From contig LT649342.1 of NCBI GenBank assembly GCA_900128395.1, forward strand, positions 1 to 35,604: a stretch of 35,604 nucleotides of DNA. The letters are read 5' to 3'. Shown here in pieces: positions 7,801-16,900 of this stretch (within the stretch, counting starts at the first letter, position 1; each line of letters begins with the position of its first letter). Below the pieces are notes generated by a model, which was given only the letters and a program-made list of their open reading frames with translations, did not search any database and had not been told where the DNA came from. Position numbers and translations under genes: made by a program. Source of the DNA: Stramenopiles sp. TOSAG23-2. Lineage: Eukaryota.

Positions 7801-10139
7801 ATGATATTAAGTATATTGTGGGGGACACGAAATTTAAGCAGGGTATCGAAAAGGTAAAAACCCATCTCGATTCAAATCATGAATTGGAATTTGATTTGGA
7901 CAATGGAAATAGAGTTGCAAAATTAGAACTTATTACGCCTGGACCAAAAATTGAAGGCTATTGGACTGCAAGCAAAGGTTTACTGTGTGATTCTTGTCCA
8001 GAGGCGTTTAAAGACAACTCGCAACGTGGTAGATCAAGCAATGGTAATAATAGCACGTTTTTTATTGCAATGGTAGTAGTTATTAGTATCAGTACGTGTG
8101 CTATTGCTGGTCTCCTCTTGAAATGGTGGAATTTACATGATATTGTTTTTAATTCTGCAAATGCGTGGAAAATAGATGCAGATGAGATTCAATTGAGCAA
8201 AATGATTGGGAAAGGAGCTTATGGTAGTGTGTGGCGAGGAACGTATAATTCCACAACTGTTGCTATCAAGACATTTGAAAACAGTGGACAGATCAGCACA
8301 GAAAATTTCATAGCAGAGTTTGTGAAGCTTATTGATCTTCGACATAAGCATTTAACTCAATTTGTAGGCGCAGTGTTGGAAACTCGTGCTATAATAACAG
8401 ACTTTATGGAAAGAGGAGATTTAACAAATGTGCTGTTCGATGATAGCAGACATATCACCGGAGGAGAAAAAATTGAATGGGCTTTGCATATAGCTCTTGG
8501 ATTAGAGTATTTGCACTCCAAACATGTCGTTCATTGTGACATGAAGACTGCAAATATTCTTGTCGATAAAAATTACATATGCAAAATTGCAGATTTTGGA
8601 TTGTCGACGTTTAAAAATAAGAAAAAATCTGGGCGTGCTAGTGATTCTTTTAAAAAAAATTTGGTCACCATGGTTGGAGGTTCGGCAAAGGACGTTTTTG
8701 GTGAAGGACCAAAAGGTACTGCCTTGTGGCTTCCACCTGAAGTTATACGCGGGGGAGATTATGAGTTGGCAGGAGATGTATTTGCATATGGTTTAATTAT
8801 TTCTGAGTTAATAAACAGAGTTGAAAATTTTAGCAAAAAAAAGGAAACAATGAATCAATATAAAATTACAACAATGGTTGAAAAAGAAAGTTTAAGACCA
8901 ATTTGGGTTGACAACGTGCCGGATGAGGAAGTGTTGGATGGTCTCAAGGATGTAGCAGAAATGTGTTGGAAAGATGATAAGAACAAGAGACTTACTCTGC
9001 CTGAAATATGTAAATGTTTAACGGAATTATCTGGAAGACCACGACACAGTACCGTACAAAGTGGCGTTAGCCAAGGCGTTTCAACATCAGATATAGAAAT
9101 GGTCCGGCAAAGATCATCTGATGTTATGATGGGCGTCGTCGATGAGTATCTATATTCCAACATAATCGATAAAAAAGAATGGTACATCTCCAATCACAAA
9201 CAGTTAGAAAAGCAATCCAAAGCTGGTGGAACTGTTCCGTCTTATCACGTATTAAAACCGAACAATAAGACCACCCATTTTCCAAAATTTGCAACATTAT
9301 GTCAAAATATGAAATTCAGATTAGGAAAGAAGTCGAAAAAAATCAAACAAAACATGAGACTTATAACTAAACAAATTGAAACCTTATCATCTTTAAATCA
9401 TCCAAACATGTTGGAATTTGCCGGTATATCGCTAACTGCAGAATTTGATGGGGGTATGGTTTTTTTTAAATTGCCTGGCAAAACCTATGACTTGAATACG
9501 TATATGAATTTAAAAAATCATGTCTGCCGATTTGATTCTGCTAGGGAGACTTTGCATGGGTTTCTTGAAATTTGTAGTGCTATTGCATATCTTCACAAAC
9601 TTGATATTGTACATGGGAATATTTCATGTTATTCTATTCTAGCAACTGATCTTGGTAAGCTGTTCTTATCTAGAATTGAAGATCGGGTGATATCTAAAAA
9701 TGTCTCACAGGAACATGATGGATTAGTCACAGATGCAAAGGGCTTTTTACCTCCAGAGGCATTAATATTAGATCATTTTGTAAGATCTTCAGATATATAT
9801 TCATTAGGTATTTTGATGTGGTATTTCCTTACAAAATGTGTTCCATTTAAAGACAAAAGCATATCTGAAGTTAATCGTCAAGTTGTTAATGATAATTTGA
9901 GACCAAAATTGACTATTAAGGATGTAACAAATGCAAATAAATATGATAAGAACTCTAAATTTTCGTATATCGATCTTATGCAACAATGTTGGGAACAGAA
10001 ATTGGAAGATCGTATAAGTTTACAAGAGTTGGTATCAACCATAAATGATTTTGTTAAAACGAAATCAAAGTCTATCATAGTCATAGATGATACGGATGCT
10101 GCTGCAGACGACGAGAAGGAGAAGACAATGATGATATAG
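4827..10139 (+). CDS. Single-pass receptor kinase: signal peptide - degenerate 5'-nucleotidase (metallophosphoesterase + 5'-nucleotidase C domain) - type-1 periplasmic-binding/Venus-flytrap domain - TM - TKL kinase - pseudokinase
   Basis: Signal peptide MNVNILLLCCILSLLF (ATG 4827; alternative 4773). 5'-nucleotidase motifs LTLIHDADTRG, CAGG, YDALSIDNSEF, CRASDCEMG, DVAIVNAGSIR, PFDD, FLQTQGLR, GGDGF. Flytrap-like INIALMLP, VILMGPLLS, IPIFT, LFRRV. TM FFIAMVVVISISTCAIAGLLL. Kinase IGKGAYGSV, VAIK, HCDMKTAN, DFG, GTALWLPPE. Second domain with HGNIS, FLPPE, SDIYSLG and CW. Confidence 0.88.
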   Translation: MNVNILLLCCILSLLFQLKKIVGFELTLIHDADTRGGIFEHDGDGDLCEMTDLNSTEAKIVETANTGATKCAGGASFRHTFFQNVRKNKTYPNPVIISKSQLFFGSELYSALSSTLNQTHAATHIAKYYTGPCFYDALSIDNSEFFSGPDAFGRYITNLPESTGVIDTYIEVNATDFSANQGQEVKAKVSKYKVVTHTDYPVAIMASADFRILYKSNAGLSIVNNYDEPNKDKKGCIPCTNSFLLELSTKIKKQWVEIKQSYPNCKVLIFISSLTRDANKVLAKYVEEIDVIVDSDSDKPVEYVMNDISSRNVSLINSVWRDKLGDKDDTQEHGRSAGVFKISFDGNGYLFDNITVENVLLNANSSNIRRDGSSLSQMTNDYKFMKGWESGTLTQLSIDINGYDGKKFNGQNFFQNDGCRASDCEMGRLVTSAYLHACKSRTNAPCDVAIVNAGSIRGSFSKNTDVTNLDVARATPFDDNLVCATVSGSFLRSWIEHSLYKWDESAGTKEGGGDVSGKFLQTQGLRFVWNPYEGKILNIFVQSEKTWSLLKDDAEYKIIVSEFIGLRGGDGFSNLPADSKVSQIDTRLQVSFSNYLKTLSKDFSFKSFVDSTECLGAKTSDRLLRMQKGCSSMRTNQTKLYQVPTSINIALMLPNSQTSRGINLFALFNYTIELLNNETAKQSKPPPPLRLTIHTTNGNSTKANSILQNLKSYTDASSAVILMGPLLSKVADGTDDPALTKGIVKHAITDILSTKFTQKIEIPIFTMTFGASDDSCNDDIDKYSKCSLTGGGSLFRRVCYTEMARYRALHDLILKQNWAGSLRLIEKGSLMTGEEPVSDTLISKINLKTFPIMKKYQKNDVSTLCDEGKNRDNVFILGLEDQDIKLFLKDISSNSRCNFLFSHTHDKYNNVFLLLSSSGINYFKTMSLSNKVYTVAIGRYEPKFLKILSNSNVDMAMVSNITTDETLINAYESIVYASHVAKSVIDLEKGFNDIKYIVGDTKFKQGIEKVKTHLDSNHELEFDLDNGNRVAKLELITPGPKIEGYWTASKGLLCDSCPEAFKDNSQRGRSSNGNNSTFFIAMVVVISISTCAIAGLLLKWWNLHDIVFNSANAWKIDADEIQLSKMIGKGAYGSVWRGTYNSTTVAIKTFENSGQISTENFIAEFVKLIDLRHKHLTQFVGAVLETRAIITDFMERGDLTNVLFDDSRHITGGEKIEWALHIALGLEYLHSKHVVHCDMKTANILVDKNYICKIADFGLSTFKNKKKSGRASDSFKKNLVTMVGGSAKDVFGEGPKGTALWLPPEVIRGGDYELAGDVFAYGLIISELINRVENFSKKKETMNQYKITTMVEKESLRPIWVDNVPDEEVLDGLKDVAEMCWKDDKNKRLTLPEICKCLTELSGRPRHSTVQSGVSQGVSTSDIEMVRQRSSDVMMGVVDEYLYSNIIDKKEWYISNHKQLEKQSKAGGTVPSYHVLKPNNKTTHFPKFATLCQNMKFRLGKKSKKIKQNMRLITKQIETLSSLNHPNMLEFAGISLTAEFDGGMVFFKLPGKTYDLNTYMNLKNHVCRFDSARETLHGFLEICSAIAYLHKLDIVHGNISCYSILATDLGKLFLSRIEDRVISKNVSQEHDGLVTDAKGFLPPEALILDHFVRSSDIYSLGILMWYFLTKCVPFKDKSISEVNRQVVNDNLRPKLTIKDVTNANKYDKNSKFSYIDLMQQCWEQKLEDRISLQELVSTINDFVKTKSKSIIVIDDTDAAADDEKEKTMMI

Positions 10140-10385
10140 TAACACACTCTAATTTGATAGAGTGTACGATCGTAAAATTTTTGGGCTTTTTAATAAAGTG
10201 TATCATTACTTTGTCTTACATATTTTAAAAATAATAAAAAAATACGACGTATATGCATTAGTATTTGTGCATTTTTAATATGTTCGTACGAAGTATATTA
10301 TTGAGATATGATACTTCTCGTCGTATCGTGTGTGTATGATATGATATATCTCAGTGTCTCTTCTTTTCAAAAATGTTTTTCTTAT

Positions 10386-12113
10386 TTATTCGGTCCAAAT
10401 TGATGTACAATCGCCAAATTTATCACTACTTCCACAAATTTTACTTTTCGCATTAATATTCGTATCTACTTGTACAATAAGATCTTCTTTAATAGAATTC
10501 TTATCATCGTTTTGTTCCAGGTCGTCTTTTTTGTACTTAGCTTTTGTACCGGAAATTGATTGAGTAATTTCACCATTTAAAATTAGACCAGACTTTAAAT
10601 CAACTTCAAAAAAACCAGTTTCTCCACCTTCGAGATTGTGTGTTGATGCAGACGAAATTAATGATGGATGAAATGCCTTATTACTTGTATCTTCCGTCTT
10701 TTTGTTTTCTAAAGGTGATTCTTTCGTATCTAGTTGAATGCGTGCAACCCATCGATAATCATCGCCAATAGATTTTTTCCGCATTTCCATCAATGAAAAT
10801 TTTTCTTTATTTACATGTGGTACCGGTGTCTGTGTTATTATTTCTCTTTCCCATACATCACCTCTTCCAACTTTTTCTGTCGGAAAAATAGTTAATCGTT
10901 TCTTCAATTGATCCTCTAATAAATAATTATATCCTAGTAAATCAATAATGACTTTTTTGCCCCTTTCTTCATCGCTTTCCGATGGTGATTCATCGTAACT
11001 AAATGCATCTAAACCATGTCTCATCGTTGCTAGAATTCCTTCACCACCACCATCAGCTTCATCCAATGCTATTAAATCGCTCACTAGACGATCGTAGTCT
11101 TGCTTACGTATCATCACAGCTGGTATTTTAACTTTTTTCGATGTACCACCCATAAACACCAAATCTCGAGTCTCCGTATCGCCAACAATAACGCCAATTG
11201 CGCCACTATCTTGTGCTAAAATCAATTTATCTGCAAAATTACATTTACCACGTTTCAATAAGACAATTTTTCCTTCTACTGCATTTGTAAATACACATTG
11301 TGGACCTTTCCATCGACTTCCAGGTTGGCCTATATTTGGTGCACATTTACACCCATCTCGGGGTGTTCCTAAAACAACTTCAGCTTTCACAGTACCCGAT
11401 GGTCGATGCACAAAACGGGTACCTAAACAATCAATCGATTCGTCTTCTCCGCTTGGTCCTGGTATCGTCAATACAGACTTCAATTCCATTGGCAATGCAT
11501 CCATTTTATGAAGCTCGTTGAAAACTTTTTTATGTATTTCATTTGTTTCAGCCTTCAACAACGTACCATTCGTTGCTAAGAATGCTTTAAACGTTTCACC
11601 AACAACTACTTGTTCCATTTGACGCCACAAACGCGCTTGAAATTTACTACCATCCTCTTGCAGCGATATAATTTTAAATTGCTTGCACGTAATCAAAACA
11701 TCTGCGCCGTTTTCTAGTATATCGTTTACAAATAATTCAAATTCCATTTTAATAATTTGTTTTTGTTCTGCAACTTTTTTTTTCATAATTTTCGTAGAGA
11801 CAACTTGCTTTATATTTTCACCAAATGTATATGTATGATTTTTTTCCAAAAGTAAACGTAGTTGACGCCGCTCATGATCCATAACATCTTTGGAATGTGA
11901 TAATTTAAACCGATCGTCTCCGCTTATGACAATGTGCCCCCGATATGACGTGGGACCAAAAAATTGTTGTACGATTAATAATAACGCAAATACAACAGTA
12001 CCAGCAATTATTATATTTTTATTACTATTCGTTAGTTTGTTTTTACTTTTTATCCTTGATGGTGCTTTAGATGGCGTACCATTTTCCATTTCCAGTTCCA
12101 TCGGGATTGGCAT
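10386..12113 (-). CDS. Type II membrane protein with a protease-associated (PA) domain inserted into a DUF6263-like beta-rich scaffold
   Basis: N-terminal TM IIIAGTVVFALLLIV. PA domain VEGKIVLLKRGKCNFADKLILAQDSGAIGVIV..KIPAVMI. The flanks (VVGETFKAFLATNGTLL; FPTEKVGRGDVW; GFFEVDLKSGLILNG) resemble bacterial DUF6263; that part of the call is less certain. Confidence 0.7.
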   Translation of the reverse strand: MPIPMELEMENGTPSKAPSRIKSKNKLTNSNKNIIIAGTVVFALLLIVQQFFGPTSYRGHIVISGDDRFKLSHSKDVMDHERRQLRLLLEKNHTYTFGENIKQVVSTKIMKKKVAEQKQIIKMEFELFVNDILENGADVLITCKQFKIISLQEDGSKFQARLWRQMEQVVVGETFKAFLATNGTLLKAETNEIHKKVFNELHKMDALPMELKSVLTIPGPSGEDESIDCLGTRFVHRPSGTVKAEVVLGTPRDGCKCAPNIGQPGSRWKGPQCVFTNAVEGKIVLLKRGKCNFADKLILAQDSGAIGVIVGDTETRDLVFMGGTSKKVKIPAVMIRKQDYDRLVSDLIALDEADGGGEGILATMRHGLDAFSYDESPSESDEERGKKVIIDLLGYNYLLEDQLKKRLTIFPTEKVGRGDVWEREIITQTPVPHVNKEKFSLMEMRKKSIGDDYRWVARIQLDTKESPLENKKTEDTSNKAFHPSLISSASTHNLEGGETGFFEVDLKSGLILNGEITQSISGTKAKYKKDDLEQNDDKNSIKEDLIVQVDTNINAKSKICGSSDKFGDCTSIWTE

Positions 12114-12319
12114 GGTTGTATATTTTCCCCTCTATCTATCTGTCTATTATTTCTGTACATACATACAGTCGATATATGTATATTATATATAGACTATATA
12201 TATGTATACATTGCATACATTTGTATATATATACTAAGTATTTTTCTGAACTAAAAGATCTATCATAAATACTATTATTTATTATTCGTTCTTCCGTAGA
12301 TTTGGTGCTACAAATGCAT

Positions 12320-12373
12320 TTGCCAAGAAGAGCCAATCTGGCAATCTGGCAACTGGCAATCCAGCTGCCAATC
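12320..12373. promoter_or_regulatory. Cluster of CTGGCAA / GCCAA motifs upstream of the PA-domain gene (candidate promoter element)
   Basis: ttgccaagaagagccaatctggcaatctggcaactggcaatccagctgccaatc; the 14-mer gccaatctggcaat recurs exactly at 13691-13704. Confidence 0.4.
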
Positions 12374-12725
12374 CGAGATTGATTGAAGCGCTGATGAAGC
12401 TTTTTGCTACGTCTATCACAATAATATAATACAAATAATTTGCGATGTGTTCCTATCAAAAACCTTTTTGCACCTTTCTGAACCACACACCACACACCAC
12501 ACACTAACACACAGCAGCTGGACAGCAACAAGATTACGACAATTGCACAATTCATAGGGAAACAAAATATTACTCCTCGTGGTATACAATAGAAAATAAA
12601 CACGTTTTTAACTTTACAAATTCCTTAAAATAATATTTTAGAACTGGCAAATGTAAATTAATTGATGAATAGTGCAAGAGGCACAATATGATGAGGACTT
12701 TTTTTAGTAGATTTATTTATTATTT

Positions 12726-13295
12726 TTATTTATTTTTCTCCAAAGAATCCATTAAAAGTTTATGAACTTGCGACATGTCTGAATTGACTTGATGCAACGT
12801 TTCTTCATTTTTCAAGATATTACGTTGACGGTTTTTAGCAGCAAGCTCTTCTTTACGTTTATTCATGTTTGATTGTTGCAATTCTATTAATAACGATTGG
12901 GATAATTTCTCTAAATGCAATTGCTTATCATAAAAAGAATCAAAGGTTGCTTTAGCTTGACTACAAATTTTTTTCTTTCGTTTTGCCAACTTAGTTATTT
13001 TATTCAATTGTCCACGGTATCTTGTTAAGTTTGTTTTTACATTGTCTAATTTTCCTTCCTCCTCTTGCAGCTCATTCCTAGCACGTACATATATTGATTT
13101 CAAACCTTCCTGTTCCTCTAGTAAACTCTCCCATTCAATGGAACGTTCATATACATATTGATCAATCTTCTGTTTCCGTGCTTTCTCTTTCTTTATTAAA
13201 TTTTTTTCTTGTACTAATTCAGAATGATAACGTTTCAATGTAGTTAATAAGTATGTTAATGCTTTTGCAGTCGTCGCACTATTTACAAGTGACAT
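12726..13295 (-). CDS. Coiled-coil protein of unknown function
   Basis: 189-aa ORF rich in E/K/Q/L with heptad periodicity, bounded by AT-rich spacers. Confidence 0.7.
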   Translation of the reverse strand: MSLVNSATTAKALTYLLTTLKRYHSELVQEKNLIKKEKARKQKIDQYVYERSIEWESLLEEQEGLKSIYVRARNELQEEEGKLDNVKTNLTRYRGQLNKITKLAKRKKKICSQAKATFDSFYDKQLHLEKLSQSLLIELQQSNMNKRKEELAAKNRQRNILKNEETLHQVNSDMSQVHKLLMDSLEKNK

Positions 13296-13680
13296 TTTAT
13301 TCGTTTTTAATTCGTTAACAAAATACTAGTAATAATAATATATTATACATATACATTAATTATAGAGATGCAATGTCTTATATATATATATATTAATATA
13401 CTATAATGATTATTTTTTTATTATTCATTTGTTATATATTATTATCCATACCAATTGTAGTATTATTATTATTAAAATTTTGAATCCCGAAGAAGAAGAA
13501 AGGGATGGGAAACAAAATTGTATTTTTAAGGATTATTGCAACTTCCTTGTGCAATAGTGCTGTGATAATATTAGCCACTCACCACTGCTGTGTGGTGTGG
13601 GCCGTCCCAGACCTGCCTCAAGGACCTCTACTGTACCAATGGCCTTGGGAGCTACCTTCTTTTTTTTTTGCAATCTTCTG

Positions 13681-13704
13681 TGGCAATGTTGCCAATCTGG
13701 CAAT
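13681..13704. promoter_or_regulatory. TGGCAA motif cluster in the divergent promoter between the coiled-coil gene and the USP gene
   Basis: tggcaatgttgccaatctggcaat contains an inverted pair (tggcaa/ttgcca) and the shared 14-mer. Confidence 0.4.
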
Positions 13705-13966
13705 AATAAATCACTACTATTAATATACTAAAAAAAAAATAATAAAACATTGAATAATATAATTATATTATATTCAAATATGATAATTTTACCAGGTTTA
13801 CTAAACAATTGAAAAAAGAAATACATATACATCATATATATATGTAAATGAACAATCTCTACCACATATATCAATCATCTACTTGTTTTTAAATTTAATT
13901 TCTGTTTACTGGTAGTATTTTATTTGGTGTTGTTTGGTACAGTTATTAAATATATATATATATATC

Positions 13967-16900
13967 ATGCCTACTCTTGCTTGGAGTTGTAAACAATGCA
14001 CATATTTAAATAATACAGAAGGTGCTTGTAGTATGTGTGGCTATAAACCGGAAGTAAAACAAGCCTCTGATCAAAATAAAATTACAGAAGCATTTGACTG
14101 TGTACGCGTGAGGTATGACATTTATGGAGAGGTGAGATGGACTGATTCAAGAGATGCGTTTAAAATTGCTGCGGAAAATATACACACGGAAGAGGCGTTG
14201 GATTTTTGTAGTAAATATATGGGTCACGTTATTACTATTATGAGTAATCAAAAAGTTGGTTTTAACCATCAATATAAAGATTGTTTCATCCTTGCCTATG
14301 AATTTTGTGCGCAAATTATAGCGCATATATTGCAAAATAAACTCGAACCACATTTTAAAGTGTTAGAAACGTTACCGCTTCTTTTTGCTCGTGCGCAAAG
14401 TCAAACGTCGAGTAACCTGTATAGAAGCCAAATTGGTGCTAATGTACGTAGGACATGTGTTCAAAAATTTTTGGATTTGAATGGATTTAACTTGCTCGCT
14501 GACACAGTTGCATATATTTCGCCAGAGGGTTTATCAAAAATTTGTCCTTTACTGGAACAATTGAAATATATTAATGAGGCAAAAGATAGTAACGTTAGAA
14601 TTACAACTTGTCTATATGAAAGAGCAACAAAGATTGACCAGGATAGCTTGCCTAGGAATTGCGGCTTTTGGTGCGTTGTTTTAAGAGAACTCATGTCATA
14701 TTATTCAGATAATCAAAAGATGGAAGAGGCTATACGTCAACACTATTATAGATTAATAAATTACACATTGCAGTCTGACATTTTGAATAATCGTTTAATG
14801 GGTTTAGAAAATGTCGAAAAAGTTGTGGAAGACAATATTGATGAAAATTTTGTTCGTAAATGGCTGTTTCATGACATCAAAGTGCTATCGTTGTTATTTA
14901 ATGATAAAATTCATGAGCAAATAGTTGCAAAATCAAGAAATTTGATGAAAGCATTGATTGGCCGTGGATGGCTGGAAGTAAAAGATGTCTGTCTTATTTG
15001 GGACGCTGCCTTAGGAAAGCATGGTGCGCTAGTAAAAGAGATATCAGAATTGCTTGCAGTCATTGCAATGGAGGACCCTGACAACAATAGATATAGAAGT
15101 GGTAGATACGGTGCATCAAAGATGTATAATAATAACAGATCGCATTTTAACAACCATAGTATGGATAGAAGTTTATGGCAGCAGCGAAGTCGGGGAAATA
15201 ACAGCAATCATCCGATTAATCTCTTAGGAGATAATAATAATAAAAATAATAATAATAATAATCAATTTAATCAAGGGCAAGAAGATGGAATATCGCTGGG
15301 ATTATTGCGGCATATGTATTCAAGAATAAATGGGCATCCTACGGAAACGATTGTATTTATCGATGCCGTTTTGCGATATGATAATGGTGGAGAATTTGAA
15401 TCCACTAATACATATAGCTCTTCTGCTGGGTCGGGGAAAAAAAAGAAAAAAAGTATTAATGGAAAGGCTCAAGATTTATTTTTTGGCACGACTGATCGTG
15501 CGAACGTTACAATTAACTGTTTGGAATTTTTAGTTTTACGAATTACCACCATGAATGAAGACATCGAACGAAAGAAAATGCTTTTTAACCTGTACAAAAA
15601 AACTATCGCTTCCACTGGTGGGGAAAATTTCTTTTACCCTTCCATGTGTAATCAACTTGAATACGTTCGTGATGCAGGGAACAAAAATCCTGATGAAGTG
15701 AAAAAAAGTACATCCGTAGCGTTGATTCAAGTGTTATTGGAAGTAAGAAATGAGAAAAGGATGTACCACAATCCTGACAAAGGTTTGAATATAATTATAA
15801 AAACAGAATCGGGAGGTGTTGATTTGATTGAATTCTTCTTGAAAGAATGTAAATCGTGTTCAGCAAGACTTGCGAAGTACAAAGATGAAACTGCTATGGA
15901 AGCAATAAGAAAGCGATTGGATAGTTTGGGTTTTATTGCAAAGAACAAAAGTCTATTCAAATTTGCACATATTCAAGATCTTTGGGACTCCTTTTTCAAA
16001 TGTCAAAATAGCAAATTTATGGATATTTTAATGGATTGGCTTTTTGTCGGCCGTGATGACGGTAAAAAAAATCAAGATTCTGAAGTTGATGCATATTTCG
16101 GTGATGAAGTAGCATATCGTATATTGGTAGATTTATTCGGTAGCGAAACTGGTCTGCCATATTGTGATACAAAATTAGGTTTTAAAGCATTCAAGAATTT
16201 CTTCTTAGGTTTGAACCAATGGACTAATCTTGGTATTATTAAGGTTGATAATAATAATGGTGGACAATCATTTCGATTTGTTGGTTTAGATCCTATCTAC
16301 AGCCCTCAGAAAAAAGTGAAAACAATTCATGGATTGGAAACTGTATGGAAGATATCCATGGAGTGTATGGACATGGAGGTTTTTAATTTAGCTAAAAATT
16401 TAATTATTGACGGTTGTAATGTACCGCATGACAAAAAAATAGAATCCCATAAAGATCCGGTAAAGATTGAGATTTTAAAGCGCCTCAAGTCTTTGCTAAT
16501 TGAAAATCATAACAATGAAAGTGCCATGGCAGTTCAAACTACTCAAAGGGCGTTGAGCATAATTCAAGACCTGCTTCAGTCCTTTTTTTTTAATGAAAAT
16601 GCTCTTGAAAATACTTCTTTGACAATATTAACACGTACGCATTATAAAAGCGAGAACAACAACAATAAGAAGAAACCGTACCGTTCCTCATTAATAAAAC
16701 AAGGTTATGCCTCTGCTGTATGTGAGATATACGATTTGTTATCATCCTTGTCGAAAACAGGAACTGTTTCGCATATTAAAATTATCTGGGATTTTTTAAA
16801 AAGTTTACCACCGCGTCCTTTAATTATGGAGGAATTTTCAAATGTTTTACAAATTGATGACGATTCCGCTTTTAGAAATGCTTTGCCAATATTCAACGTG

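Noticed and set aside
9050-9300. Guanylyl/adenylyl cyclase domain between the kinase domains, as in receptor cyclases and amoebal or mimiviral receptor kinases
   Set aside because: The linker is too short and lacks class III cyclase motifs.
12136-12603. 155-aa minus-strand ORF upstream of the PA-domain gene
   Set aside because: Non-ATG start, runs through TA-repeat and promoter-like sequence (YIYKCM..YIIYIY); probably spurious.
13505-13723. 72-aa ORF in the GC-richer island of the divergent spacer
   Set aside because: No recognisable domain, includes a poly-T run and overlaps the promoter-like TGGCAA cluster.
15232-15262. AAT repeats inside ORFs as possible introns
   Set aside because: They stay in frame and encode poly-Asn tracts, common in AT-rich protists; there is no stop or frameshift requiring splicing.
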